From a virus: a DNA stretch of 64,000 nucleotides. The DNA is taken from positions 20,306-84,305 of the IMG/VR virus record IMGVR_UViG_3300045970_000027, one strand, 5' to 3'. Under the pieces are notes generated by a model. It ran no database searches. It saw only the letters and a list, made by a program, of their open reading frames with translations, and had not been told where the DNA came from. Numbering within the stretch: position 1 is the stretch's first letter; the number at the start of each line of letters is the position of its first letter. Positions 27,609 to 37,399 of this stretch are shown piece by piece. Made by a program: the position numbers and the translations under genes.

Positions 27609-28142
27609 TCAGTCACGCTCCATCAGCCTCTCGATGAGCGTCTCGATGCGGGTCAACTCGTCTGCGACCTGCTGGACGATCTCCTGCCTCAACTGGATGA
27701 GGTCGTCCTTGGTCACCGAGGACTTGTCTGCCACCGTGTTAGGGATGATCGGGTTCTTGGACTGCGTGATGGGGAGAGTTGGCTGGCTGTAGACGGTGGT
27801 GTGGTTGGCGGCGGTGGTGTACCCCGAGGTTGAGTTGTTCCCCGACTGCGTATACGTGTACGTGGGGGTGTCGGTTAGCCAGTGGCTCCTCTGTGGGTGC
27901 GACGACTTGGGGGAAGGGGGGCCGATGTAGTTGGCCACCTGATCGCAGAGGTCGGAAAGTCGCTTGGACTGGTGGATCATCTCTACGGTGATGTAGGTAC
28001 CCGTCATGTTCTCGGCTGCCGAGACCTCGACACAGCGCCTCTTGGTGTCTATGAAGGTGACATACCCCTTGCGGGCCATCTCCGAGCAGAAGTACTTGAC
28101 AAGGAGTTCCTCGGGGGACTCCGTACGGATGAACGGCTTCAC
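27609..28142 (-). CDS. hypothetical protein
   Basis: Coupled ORF. Confidence 0.6.
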   Translation of the reverse strand: MKPFIRTESPEELLVKYFCSEMARKGYVTFIDTKRRCVEVSAAENMTGTYITVEMIHQSKRLSDLCDQVANYIGPPSPKSSHPQRSHWLTDTPTYTYTQSGNNSTSGYTTAANHTTVYSQPTLPITQSKNPIIPNTVADKSSVTKDDLIQLRQEIVQQVADELTRIETLIERLMERD

Positions 28143-28378
28143 CGCTGTCTCCGCAGTCGGCCGATCTCAGACTCGATGTCGAGAACTGTGATCGCGGTAT
28201 GCAGGCCTCCTACAAACTCACGGTCCTTGACGCGGAGGTAGGAGACGACCGTGTCGATGACGACGTCGGCCACTCTCTCGTAGTGATCTCTGTCCTCAGG
28301 AAGGCAGGATGACCAGTCTGTCATCTGTGCGCCATCTGCGATGTACAGGACTTCGGCAATTTCGTTGGAAAGACTCAT
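28139..28378 (-). CDS. hypothetical protein
   Basis: ATGA overlap with dnaB. Confidence 0.6.
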   Translation of the reverse strand: MSLSNEIAEVLYIADGAQMTDWSSCLPEDRDHYERVADVVIDTVVSYLRVKDREFVGGLHTAITVLDIESEIGRLRRQR

Positions 28379-29685
28379 GATTCTCCCTGATCTGTAGCAT
28401 CGAGTACCAGCCCATGGTACTGGGTCGGCAATGACGGTGTCCAGTGGCTCGCCGTAGCGCATCCCGTGCATGTGGTCTGGTCGATGTCGTCATCGTGGAA
28501 GCAGCCGGTATCCCAGCGCCAGACAAGAGTGACGGCCTCCTTGCCGCAGTGACGGCTCTCCTCGACCCGTAGTTCTCGGTGCTCCTCATCCCCGTCAATC
28601 GGCTGCAGAGCCAGAATGACGTCAGAGTCCTGAAAGAAGGAGGATGAGTAGCCGATGGAGTCGGCGGTCACCTTCCCGCCCTTCATCTTCCAGAGCAGGG
28701 TCTGCGTCGAGACGACGATGGGGATGTCGATACGGAGGGCGAGGTTCTTGAGTGACCGCGTGATGTTAGTCAGAGCCTGCGGCGTGTTCGACTCGTTCGT
28801 CTGCTCGTCCAGCATTAGGTAGACGCCGTCCACGAAGACCAGTTCGGGCTTTACCTTCTCGATCTTGGCGGCGAGCGCGGAGACCGTGATCCCCGACTTG
28901 GCGTCGGAGAGCGTGAACTTGTTGGCCATCCCCATCGTGCGGGAGAGCATCGACTTGTAGTTGTTCTTCTCCCCCGCTGTCAGGTTCGCGCGCCGCATGC
29001 GCTGGAAGGAGATACGCGACCGCATGGCGTCATGCCGGATCTGCTGCTCGCTGTTCCTCATCTCAAACGACTGGAAGAGGATCGAGTGTCCGGCTTCGTG
29101 CATGTTGACGGCCATGGAGAGCGCCAACTGGCTCTTGCCAGTCTTCGGTGGCGCGATGATGGTGATCAACTGGCCACCACTCAGGCCTGCGGTCGCCTCG
29201 TCAATCTTCTTGAAGCCGGTAGGCAGCCCGAGTAGGCCACCACCGTGCGACTCCCGGTCCTCGTACTCCTTGAAGCGCTCCATCGGGTCTTTCTCAAGAC
29301 TCATGTCGCTGGTGCCGGGAGTCGACTCGATATGGATCTCCGAGATCTGCTTCTCCAGCAGGACGATCACGGACTCATGGTCGTTGGTCGTCTGCAGTAC
29401 CTCGATGGCAGCCTGCAGCGTGTCCTCGACGCGGACAGCGCGGCGGTGCTCAACGAACTTGTCGAGGATGTAGTCGAGGCTGTCCTCGACGTTCAGGAGG
29501 GCCAGCGTCGGGAACTCGGACTTCACCGAGACCGCAGTGGCGACCTCACCGTACTTGTTCCAGTGATCGACCGTCCACTTCCAGACCGCCTTGCAGTCGG
29601 GGTTCGTGAACCAGTCGGCTGTAACTCCAGCCTCCAGCAGGGATGTAATCGTCCTCTCCCTGATGGCCTTGCTGATTAAGCGCAA
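28375..29685 (-). CDS. dnaB: DnaB-like replicative helicase
   Basis: LPTGF..ID..T.G, APPKTGKS, SFEM, VFVDG, FQDSDV. Confidence 0.93.
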   Translation of the reverse strand: MRLISKAIRERTITSLLEAGVTADWFTNPDCKAVWKWTVDHWNKYGEVATAVSVKSEFPTLALLNVEDSLDYILDKFVEHRRAVRVEDTLQAAIEVLQTTNDHESVIVLLEKQISEIHIESTPGTSDMSLEKDPMERFKEYEDRESHGGGLLGLPTGFKKIDEATAGLSGGQLITIIAPPKTGKSQLALSMAVNMHEAGHSILFQSFEMRNSEQQIRHDAMRSRISFQRMRRANLTAGEKNNYKSMLSRTMGMANKFTLSDAKSGITVSALAAKIEKVKPELVFVDGVYLMLDEQTNESNTPQALTNITRSLKNLALRIDIPIVVSTQTLLWKMKGGKVTADSIGYSSSFFQDSDVILALQPIDGDEEHRELRVEESRHCGKEAVTLVWRWDTGCFHDDDIDQTTCTGCATASHWTPSLPTQYHGLVLDATDQGES

Positions 29686-29704
29686 CTCCCACTCAGCCGC
29701 GATG

Positions 29705-30124
29705 TCAGATCACCCTCTCTAGTGTCCCCTTGTCAATGCCCCTGCTGCCGTACATGAGTTGGCGCTCTGGGATGTCCAGAACACCAAGAACGTCTGGCCT
29801 CCAAGGGAGTTCGTCCAGCAACTCGGCGACGTCCATGAAGGATGTCGAGTAGTTGATGGGGTGTGATCCCCGGCGGTCGAGTTCGTCAAGCCTTCGGTCT
29901 GCCTCCGACTGGTCTACCCCGAAGTTGACGAGTTCGACGCGGAGTGGTGCGCGCTGAGTGTAGCGCCAAAGCCAGTTCAAGGCTACACGGTCGAATACAC
30001 GGCGTGTCGTAACGCCGGTCGTAACTCCGAGGAACTTGCGAGGGACTTCTTCGACTACAGTCAGAGCGTCGTACGTCACCATGAGTCGGCGAGGACTCTC
30101 GTTGGAGATATCACCATGCTCCAT
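29705..30124 (-). CDS. hypothetical protein
   Basis: [10 protein letters not shown]; coupled ORF. Confidence 0.7.
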   Translation of the reverse strand: MEHGDISNESPRRLMVTYDALTVVEEVPRKFLGVTTGVTTRRVFDRVALNWLWRYTQRAPLRVELVNFGVDQSEADRRLDELDRRGSHPINYSTSFMDVAELLDELPWRPDVLGVLDIPERQLMYGSRGIDKGTLERVI

Positions 30125-30435
30125 CAGATAACTTCAACCTTCCCGTACTTGACGACGAACTCGCGGAACTTGTCGGGCGTGCTCATCACGTCTTCGATGC
30201 TCTCGGCCTCGGCGGTCTCATGGACCATGAGCGGGTAGTTGCCATCGTTTCCGTCCATGCGGGCCTTGACGAACTTGAGATGGCGGCAGGACTTTCGGCC
30301 CTTGTAGGTCGGGCATGAGCACCGGACCTCTTGGCTATCGAGGTTGAGTTCGACCTCGTAGATAGCAGGCTGACGAGAGGACAGGAATACCTGAAGGATG
30401 CGCCAACCGGTCATGATGCTCACTCCTTTGTCCAC
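30124..30435 (-). CDS. SWIM zinc-finger protein
   Basis: YEV.......CSCP.Y....CRH. Confidence 0.8.
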   Translation of the reverse strand: MDKGVSIMTGWRILQVFLSSRQPAIYEVELNLDSQEVRCSCPTYKGRKSCRHLKFVKARMDGNDGNYPLMVHETAEAESIEDVMSTPDKFREFVVKYGKVEVI

Positions 30436-31037
30436 GTTACCTCGGAGAAGGCCGACCGCATCTGGTAGTCGTCGGGTAGGCCCGAGAGGGAACGCGCAAC
30501 TGGAGTCGAGATCACCGTGGGCAGGCCTCTGTCGTACCTGCGGCTCAGTACTCCTGAGATCAGGTTATCCGACCATCCGGATGCTGACTGGTGATGCGTG
30601 CCGACGTCTTGGATCACCATGAGGTCTACCCAACGGTGGTCGCCCAGCCGCTCATCGGCGTTCGGGGACTCGGCCTCGACTAGGTCGTTCACCGTGAGGT
30701 AGAGCCCGCTCTTCGCCGCCCCCAAGACGAGCGCGGTCTGCAGGAGGGTGGCCGCGTAGAAGTGGCCACGGTCGTCGGGGGTGGTGAGCCATAGGCCCTT
30801 ACCGACATGGTCGCGGATCTCGACGGCCTTGGCCGGGTCCTGTGTGACGATGAAGTTCCCCTGCATGAACATCTGGAAGTACGTCTTCAAGAAGTCCTTC
30901 GGGGTAGACGCCGCCATGGTCTTCTTGATCCTTGCCTCGTCTGCCCCACCCGCGTAGACGAACCTCGGCGGGATGTTCGCCTGTCGGACCAGTGATACGA
31001 CGCGAGCGTCTGTCGTGACTGCTACTTCTTGAACCAT
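30420..31037 (-). CDS. DnaC/IstB-like helicase loader, Walker A degenerate
   Basis: NIPPRF, DLMVIQDVG, RRYDRGLPTVIST; follows the initiator. Confidence 0.7.
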   Translation of the reverse strand: MVQEVAVTTDARVVSLVRQANIPPRFVYAGGADEARIKKTMAASTPKDFLKTYFQMFMQGNFIVTQDPAKAVEIRDHVGKGLWLTTPDDRGHFYAATLLQTALVLGAAKSGLYLTVNDLVEAESPNADERLGDHRWVDLMVIQDVGTHHQSASGWSDNLISGVLSRRYDRGLPTVISTPVARSLSGLPDDYQMRSAFSEVTWTKE

Positions 31038-31897
31038 GAGACCTCCTGCTCCTGTAGGTGCTCGATGTACGCGGTAGACAGGCTGGCCTGCTTCCCGCGA
31101 AGAGTGTCGATGTTGCGCTGGATGTACGAGAGGAACAACTTGTAGGCCGGGAAGTCGTTGGAGATCTTGGCCGTCTCTCGGCTGTCGGCGAAGAACTGGT
31201 CGAGCAGGGTGGCGCAGTCCTGAGGCGTGAGGCCTTCCTTCGCCCAGACCTTCAGCGCGAACATCAGGCTGTTGCCGCCAGTGTGGTTCCCCCGCAGGTT
31301 GGGTAGGTCGTGCCATGAGGCCGTTGTGGGCAGGTAGGCCTGAGAGACCCGCTGCCGGAAGTCGGCTACGACGTCGTCCATCGTCCACTGCTCGCGTGGG
31401 ACGAGGTTGCGGAACTTCTGAGGCTTCTGCTTGACCGCCTTCGACTTCGGCTGAGGTCGCTCACCGATGAAGCCGACCCCGCCGATGTCATCCCCGTCGT
31501 CCTGCCACCGTGCCACGGTCGTCTCCTTGATCACTTCGATACCCTTGACGGGGGCAGCGCCCCCTACTACTGATTCTTTAGAATCAGTAGGAGCATGACT
31601 AGTAGTCTGAGTAGTAGGTAGGTAGACCGAAGAGTTTCGCGCCATATCAGGCGCGACTCGCGCCACATTCGACTCATCTCGCGCCAGCACTTGGTACGTC
31701 CCACGGACGATTACGGTCAGGATTCCGGCCTCAACGAGGGTGGAGATCACCCTCTGGGTAGCCCTCAGGGACATGCCGAAGTACTCGGCTACCTCAGCCG
31801 ATCTGACGTTGAGAGGCTGGTCACCAGCCATGTCGAGCAGGATGTGCGCGACCTTGTAGGCGTCCCCCGGCAGTGCTGCCAGAGCAGGGTTGATCAT
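31022..31897 (-). CDS. replication initiator (N-terminal wHTH)
   Basis: AEVAEYFGMSLRATQRVISTLVEAGIL; internal iterons. Confidence 0.7.
   Translation of the reverse strand: MINPALAALPGDAYKVAHILLDMAGDQPLNVRSAEVAEYFGMSLRATQRVISTLVEAGILTVIVRGTYQVLARDESNVARVAPDMARNSSVYLPTTQTTSHAPTDSKESVVGGAAPVKGIEVIKETTVARWQDDGDDIGGVGFIGERPQPKSKAVKQKPQKFRNLVPREQWTMDDVVADFRQRVSQAYLPTTASWHDLPNLRGNHTGGNSLMFALKVWAKEGLTPQDCATLLDQFFADSRETAKISNDFPAYKLFLSYIQRNIDTLRGKQASLSTAYIEHLQEQEVSWFKK
31567..31686. other. putative replication origin inside the initiator gene
   Basis: TCGCGCCA at 31637, 31658, 31679; palindrome at 31567-31590; AT-richer GTAG-repeat tract. Confidence 0.65.
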
Positions 31898-31944
31898 CTA
31901 GTAGTCCTTGTTGTGTCGTCTGTCGCGAGCGTTGCTTGTAGAGG

Positions 31945-32430
31945 TTACACCTTCTTGGCAGTCGAACGCGACCTACGGCGTGTCGTGAGTTCCGCGATCT
32001 CTGCGCGGACGGTCCGGAGGACGCGCTCGGTGACCGACTCGATGATGGCCTCGACGTCTACTTCCGGCTTCCCGATCTCCAGTTCCTTGAAGTCGTCTTC
32101 CATGTCGTAGACCGGGATGCCTCGGGCATTGAACCACTGGAGGTGGCGGTACATCTCGTCGGACTCGTCCCACGCCATGAAGACCATGTCGTCAAGTGAC
32201 GCCATGATGGACATGCGGGTGTACGGGTCGGGGTCTTCAATGACCTCGGCGGCAGCCTCAAGTACATCGTCGCTAAGTTGAGCAATAACTCTTGTAATGA
32301 CGATAACTGAAGCAGGAAGTTCGGGGATCCCACTAGTCAGACTCTCGTCAGACAAGACAATCTGGTTAAAGGAATCGGGCAAATAGGGCAGACCCGCCTC
32401 ATCTAGTACTCCGTAGATGTAAAGCCTCAC
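31945..32430 (-). CDS. hypothetical acidic protein
   Basis: ORF. Confidence 0.6.
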   Translation of the reverse strand: MRLYIYGVLDEAGLPYLPDSFNQIVLSDESLTSGIPELPASVIVITRVIAQLSDDVLEAAAEVIEDPDPYTRMSIMASLDDMVFMAWDESDEMYRHLQWFNARGIPVYDMEDDFKELEIGKPEVDVEAIIESVTERVLRTVRAEIAELTTRRRSRSTAKKV

Positions 32431-32460
32431 TATGGGTTCCTATACTTTTAGTGTTGTTAG

Positions 32461-32700
32461 TTACCGGACCCGTGCGACTACCGAGATAGCGCGGTCGATA
32501 AGTGAGATCACGCTGATCGTCGTGAACGACGCGGCGGCGGCGAAGATTGGGATGTCCCAGCCGGTGAAGCCGAACGCCCAGAGGCTGAGGGCTGAGACGA
32601 CGAACGCGATGACCCCACGGTAGATCGAGAGGTACTGCCAGTAGTCGATTGCCGAGACTACGAAGCCTGCGGTGAGTGCTGCGATGAGAATCTGCTCCAT
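32461..32700 (-). CDS. small 3-TM membrane protein (holin-like)
   Basis: Three hydrophobic segments; promoter motif 7 nt upstream. Confidence 0.5.
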   Translation of the reverse strand: MEQILIAALTAGFVVSAIDYWQYLSIYRGVIAFVVSALSLWAFGFTGWDIPIFAAAASFTTISVISLIDRAISVVARVR

Positions 32701-32707
32701 GGTTCCA

Positions 32708-32744
32708 ACCTTATGAACGTAGTCTTAGTCGGAAAGCGCTAAAC
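32708..32744 (-). promoter_or_regulatory. phage promoter GTTTAGCGCTTTC-N18-TAAGGT
   Basis: Motif member. Confidence 0.65.
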
Positions 32745-32745
32745 C

Positions 32746-34758
32746 TCAGGAGTTCGCTGCGAGTGCGGTGACTGCGGCCCTGACCAGCGGGTCCTTGGAG
32801 TCCCAGAGCATGACTCTCCAGTCGACGCCGAGCGGGACGTAGTAGTCGAGGGTCTCGATCAGGCGTGCCAACTTGGTCGGTCGGCCGGGGTAGAGGATCG
32901 AGATCGACTTCGCGGCGACGTTAGACCAAGAGCCTTCGTTGCCCGTAGCATCGGCGACCGTCCCAGAGAAGAAGAGTGGGGAGTGGTCGGCCTGCTCGAA
33001 ACAGATAGCGTCGAGGTTCACCGTCCCGGTACCAGTGAAGAGGACCTGCGCCTTGGCGGCTGTGGCCGGTGCCGTGAACGAGGACTCGTACCGCTGGAAG
33101 GTCGCCGTCAGCGCGGTGAGCGGGAGGGTCGACGTAGAGATCGTCACACCCCCACTCGTCTTCCAGACGATGCTGGCCGTACCTGTCGCCCCCAGACCCT
33201 TAGCCCAGAGGGAGAGGGTGTACGGGACGAGTGGGGTTACCCCGACGTCGCCTTGACTAAGTGAGTACGCGGTAGTTCCCACAACACCGACGATCTTCCC
33301 GCAGCCTGTCCCGTAGACGTGAGACGTGCTGTCGATGGTGAGTGTCCCGGTGAGGGCTACCCAGTTCGCGAATGTCGCATCCTCAAACGAGGGGTCGTAT
33401 ATCAGGTTCACCCGTGCCGGGTCGCAGATGATGTTGACGGTCTGCGGGTCACGGTAGGCGAACACACCACCCACATAACTGGTGGTGCTAGTGAACGACA
33501 TCAGGTCGAGGTGGAGAGCATTGGTACTGGCACCCGTCAGCGTGATGGTCAACTTCGCGAAGGCGGCAGTGGCGGGGGCAACCGCCGTGTACGTGAGAGC
33601 GGCCCATGCTGCACTCGACGCCCGAGCGGTGTCGGTCGACGTCGAGACGGCGGCCCCGGTCTGGGTTAGCCACGTCACAGCCAGAGTTACAGTGGGAGTG
33701 CCTGAAACCCGCTTGTTGGGGACTTCGAACCTATACGTATGATTCCCTACAACAGGGATACACCGGAGTACGTCGGTGTTACTCGGGAGTGTGATGACCT
33801 GTGATGCCGACGTAAGTGTGGCCAGTCCGACCCCGGCTTGGTTCCACGCCGAGGTAGACGACTCGTAGTTGTACAGACCTGACGGGTAGGTGACTGTCGT
33901 ACCATTGACGACCGCCCTAGCCAGCGTCCCACCCGTGGTCGACCAGTTCCCGATGCTGGTCTCAAAGGAGGAGTCGTCCCTACTGAGGAACTTGTTCGGG
34001 CTGTCGGTGACGGTCGTCTGCCATCCGGTCAGGGCTTCGACGTAGGTGGCTATCCCGTTGAGGGTCCCCTTGTTCCGGTAGATGTACCCACCCTCGCGAT
34101 GGAGTCTGGCAGAGGCGGCCGTCCCGATGGTGTACTCGGACGACATGCCGATGCCTTCGGCGTACGCGTTGTGCAGGCGGCGAATCGTCTGCTTCTCCCT
34201 CTTGTCGGGGAGGATCGAGTCGACTGCCGAGGCGAGTTCGTCGTACGTCAGCGTGAGCCCTGACAGGAAGCGGACGAGGTCGGAGTTCGGGTCGTGCGGA
34301 GTGATCGGGTTCCCGTCTGCAGACGTGTACACCGACGGGATCGCGTTGATCAGGTAGTCGGACGTCCCACGGTCGTACGGCAGGAGGACGGAGGTTGCCG
34401 CATCCTTGAACCACAGACCAGCCGAGTCCACCACAAACAGCGTGTAGTAGACCCATCCCGGTGTGAGCGGGACGTCGTTGTAGGTGATCGTGTCGGCGTA
34501 GTTGGTTACCCCGTCGGTGACGACGAACTCGGTAGCCGTGATGAGACCGGTGGAGACCGTGACCCCCGACATCGGGTGCTCGGCAGCACCGTTGTACGTC
34601 CTGATCAGGTAGTACGTCTTCCCGACCTCAGCCGGGACACCGACGTTCACTTCGATCTTCGTGTAACTGATCGCTGTCGCGAGGAGGGTCGACCGCGTGA
34701 TGCCCCGACCGCCGCCGTACTTGTAGTCGGAGTAACTGAACGTCCCATACCTAGCCAT
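32746..34758 (-). CDS. baseplate wedge/tail protein with carbohydrate-binding-like domains
   Basis: YIYRNKGTLNGI..YVEALTGW (gpI-like); two N..D.SFE...W jelly-roll repeats. Confidence 0.75.
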   Translation of the reverse strand: MARYGTFSYSDYKYGGGRGITRSTLLATAISYTKIEVNVGVPAEVGKTYYLIRTYNGAAEHPMSGVTVSTGLITATEFVVTDGVTNYADTITYNDVPLTPGWVYYTLFVVDSAGLWFKDAATSVLLPYDRGTSDYLINAIPSVYTSADGNPITPHDPNSDLVRFLSGLTLTYDELASAVDSILPDKREKQTIRRLHNAYAEGIGMSSEYTIGTAASARLHREGGYIYRNKGTLNGIATYVEALTGWQTTVTDSPNKFLSRDDSSFETSIGNWSTTGGTLARAVVNGTTVTYPSGLYNYESSTSAWNQAGVGLATLTSASQVITLPSNTDVLRCIPVVGNHTYRFEVPNKRVSGTPTVTLAVTWLTQTGAAVSTSTDTARASSAAWAALTYTAVAPATAAFAKLTITLTGASTNALHLDLMSFTSTTSYVGGVFAYRDPQTVNIICDPARVNLIYDPSFEDATFANWVALTGTLTIDSTSHVYGTGCGKIVGVVGTTAYSLSQGDVGVTPLVPYTLSLWAKGLGATGTASIVWKTSGGVTISTSTLPLTALTATFQRYESSFTAPATAAKAQVLFTGTGTVNLDAICFEQADHSPLFFSGTVADATGNEGSWSNVAAKSISILYPGRPTKLARLIETLDYYVPLGVDWRVMLWDSKDPLVRAAVTALAANS

Positions 34759-34761
34759 GGA

Positions 34762-35301
34762 TTACCACTTGCCGATTGGGCAGGCCGCCCGTGCGAGGGA
34801 CGTCTTCCACTTGGTCACACAGCCACACGCCGTGCAGATACCCAGTTTCAGGGATGGGCAGGGGGCGCAGATGTCAAGCCGGGACTGCTGGAGTTCGGCT
34901 GACGACTTCTCCTCGTTCGGGTTGAGGAGGTCCCACGGACGGACAGGCTTCGCAGTCGACACTGTGGTCGGTGAGGTGACCGTGATGAAGCCCTCCTCCT
35001 CCAGCATCACGAAGCCGTTGATGTGCGCGAACTTCGCCGTGTACTTCGTACGGCCGACTGGAATCCCCCACGTATCGGGTAGGTGGATCTCGGCAGTCAT
35101 ATTGGCGTCCCACTGACGGTTGACCAGAGTTACCTGAGTCCCGACCAAGAGACGATCAGACGTACCGTCGGGGTACTCAAGCAGGACGCTCGACTCGGGG
35201 AAGTCAAGCGTGAGACCATCACTCGTCGGGTAGAGACCGATGGGCGTCCACACGATGTCGAGCGGGTCGCCCTGCACCACTGCGTAGTGGTTCTTCTTCA
35301 T
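34762..35301 (-). CDS. hypothetical protein with Cys-rich C-terminus (DUF6171-like)
   Basis: RLDICAPCP...CTACGC...KT.L..A.CPIGKW. Confidence 0.65.
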   Translation of the reverse strand: MKKNHYAVVQGDPLDIVWTPIGLYPTSDGLTLDFPESSVLLEYPDGTSDRLLVGTQVTLVNRQWDANMTAEIHLPDTWGIPVGRTKYTAKFAHINGFVMLEEEGFITVTSPTTVSTAKPVRPWDLLNPNEEKSSAELQQSRLDICAPCPSLKLGICTACGCVTKWKTSLARAACPIGKW

Positions 35302-35897
35302 GAGACCTTCCACCATTCGTTTGTTCCTTGGGTATACCCACTGCCTTGCGGCGTGTAGTTGAGCGTGTAGTAGTTGTTGTAGTACCCCGCGTGGCAGACC
35401 CAGCCGCAGCAGTTGACTCCATCGCCGCAGCCGTTGAACGTCCCACAACCGCACTGCTGACCGGGAGGGCCGCAGTTGTCGAACGTCTGGTTCGTGCAGA
35501 CGTAGTCACTGTGGTAGACGTCGTTGACGAGAGGCTGGTGGTCCATGTATGCCGCTGTCGACTGGGGCGCGTTGGACGCCCACCCTGCCGTGACACTGAA
35601 GCGTGCGGTGGCCCCGGTGAGGGTGAACTGGTTGAGGGTCCCGTTCCACGTTGCCGTACCAGTACCGGTTAGGAGGGTCGGTGTGTAGACCGCGTTGGCT
35701 ACCGGGTTGGTGACGCTGAAGACCAAGTTGCTGACGTACCCCGTGATGGGGGCGGTCGGCGGGATGCCGAGAGTGGTGACCCGCCAGACACCCGCCACCT
35801 TCTCGTAGACGGTCCCACCTGTATGCCAGACGCCACCGACCTTGGCGTAGACGTTTCCCGGCGTATGCCAGACGCCACCGACTTTGACGTAACTCAT
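35298..35897 (-). CDS. tail fibre-associated protein with Cys-rich tip
   Basis: Three YxKVGGVWH repeats; 8-Cys C-terminal cluster. Confidence 0.7.
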   Translation of the reverse strand: MSYVKVGGVWHTPGNVYAKVGGVWHTGGTVYEKVAGVWRVTTLGIPPTAPITGYVSNLVFSVTNPVANAVYTPTLLTGTGTATWNGTLNQFTLTGATARFSVTAGWASNAPQSTAAYMDHQPLVNDVYHSDYVCTNQTFDNCGPPGQQCGCGTFNGCGDGVNCCGWVCHAGYYNNYYTLNYTPQGSGYTQGTNEWWKVS

Positions 35898-36988
35898 CAG
35901 ACGTACACGATCCAGAGGTCTCCATCAGCCCCGGTCGCATTGGACGGAGCACCGGCAACGCTGGTGATCCAGACCTGACGTACGCCCGCGCTGATGGCCG
36001 CAGTTGGGGATACGACGGTGACGGCACCCGTGAAGGTTGCTCCAGCCAGCGGTGCATATGTTCCAGAGAGGCCGGTGACCGCCGTCTGTGGGATGTTGGA
36101 GAGTGTGTTCAGCGAACCGTTGATCGTCTTGTTGGTCAGGGCCTGCGCGTCGGAGATGGTTGCTGCCTGCACACCCGCCTGCTGCAGTGTGGTCGCGTTG
36201 ACTGTCCCACCACTGATCGTTGCACCAGTAGCCGTGAGGGTTCCTGTGAGCGTCCCTGCCGCGATGGCCGGTGCGGTCAGCGTCTTGTTAGTCAGGGTAT
36301 CCGTGGTGGCCTTGCCTACGAGGGTATCTGTGGCTGCGGGGAGCGTGAGGGAAGTAGTCCCAGCAGCGGCTGTGGCCAGAAGTGTGGTCGTCCCTGATAC
36401 CGAGCCGTTGAACTTCGCGCCCGTACCGCCGATGGTTGGCAGGGTCAGCGTCTTGTTGAGCAGGGTATCCGTGGTGGCTAGCCCTACCAGAGTGTCCGTG
36501 CTAGTAGGCAGCGTGAGGGTGGCTGCTCCCGCGTTGGTGAGGATAGTCGCGATCTTCGGCGCGGTCAGCGTCTTATTGGTCAACGTGTCGGTCGTCGCCT
36601 TGCCTACCAGCGTGTCGGCCGTTAAGGGGAACGTGACCGTGGCAGTTCCCGTGTTGGTCAAGACACTGTCGATCTTGGGGGTCGTCAGGGTCTTGTTGGT
36701 CAGGGTCTGCACCCCAGCCAGAGTCACCCCGGTAGACGCCGACGCCGTAGTGCTGCTCAGGAAGCCGAGGTTCGACTCGATGTTGGTCAGGCGCGCAGAG
36801 ACCGACGCGTGTGTCGCCGGTACGGCCCAAGTGCTCCCCCATGCGGAAGAGAGGAGGCCAAGCCCGAGGGTGGACTGAGTCGCGTTGACCTCGTCCTGCA
36901 GGACGTTGACGTGGTCAGCCAGAACGGAGTCGACAAGGTCGGTCTTGGCGACGAAGACCTTCACCGAGGAAGGGAAGACTGCAGCCAT
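35897..36988 (-). CDS. tail fibre protein
   Basis: A.HVN.LQDEV N-terminus; TDTLTNKTLT repeats; GADGDLW end. Confidence 0.8.
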   Translation of the reverse strand: MAAVFPSSVKVFVAKTDLVDSVLADHVNVLQDEVNATQSTLGLGLLSSAWGSTWAVPATHASVSARLTNIESNLGFLSSTTASASTGVTLAGVQTLTNKTLTTPKIDSVLTNTGTATVTFPLTADTLVGKATTDTLTNKTLTAPKIATILTNAGAATLTLPTSTDTLVGLATTDTLLNKTLTLPTIGGTGAKFNGSVSGTTTLLATAAAGTTSLTLPAATDTLVGKATTDTLTNKTLTAPAIAAGTLTGTLTATGATISGGTVNATTLQQAGVQAATISDAQALTNKTINGSLNTLSNIPQTAVTGLSGTYAPLAGATFTGAVTVVSPTAAISAGVRQVWITSVAGAPSNATGADGDLWIVYV

Positions 36989-37020
36989 CTGAACCGCCTA
37001 GTGGTCTGGGTATCTACCCC

Positions 37021-37057
37021 ATTGTCGTGGACCGTTCACAGTGTGAAAGGGCTAAAC
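37021..37057 (-). promoter_or_regulatory. phage promoter overlapped by a TTCAC-N3-GTGAA palindrome
   Basis: GTTTAGCCCTTTC-N18-GACAAT. Confidence 0.7.
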
Positions 37058-37078
37058 CTCGGGGCTAGAAGGTCTCGC

Positions 37079-37399
37079 CTAAATGCCGTGCGCGGTGAGT
37101 CTCGCGAGGGCCGATGTCATCTGGGACTCCAAGGTCGTCAGACGGGTAATGAGGTTGTCGTACGCAGCGTCTCGCTTCACTGCTCCCAGCCAGACTGGGT
37201 TGTCGTGGTCCCCCGCCTCAAAGAGGACCCAGACCTGCTGACCCGGCTTGGGTAGGACGACATACCCTGCCGGGACGACCGGCCAGACCCAGTCTGTTTC
37301 TGAGTCCCCCGATACTGCCGGGATGATGACCTTGATCCGGCCACTCGACGCGGGGTCACGCACGTCTCTGACTATGGCGCGGTAGACGCCAGACGTCAT
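37079..37399 (-). CDS. baseplate spike (gpV/gp5 OB-fold)
   Basis: YRAIV.D..DP...GRIKV..P, P.PGQQVWV.FE.GD...PVWLG. Confidence 0.88.
   Translation of the reverse strand: MTSGVYRAIVRDVRDPASSGRIKVIIPAVSGDSETDWVWPVVPAGYVVLPKPGQQVWVLFEAGDHDNPVWLGAVKRDAAYDNLITRLTTLESQMTSALARLTAHGI

Noticed and set aside
1125-29685. Inteins or introns in nrdJ, recA, polA, dnaB or the SNF2 helicase
   Set aside because: Normal lengths, uninterrupted motifs, no splice-junction signatures
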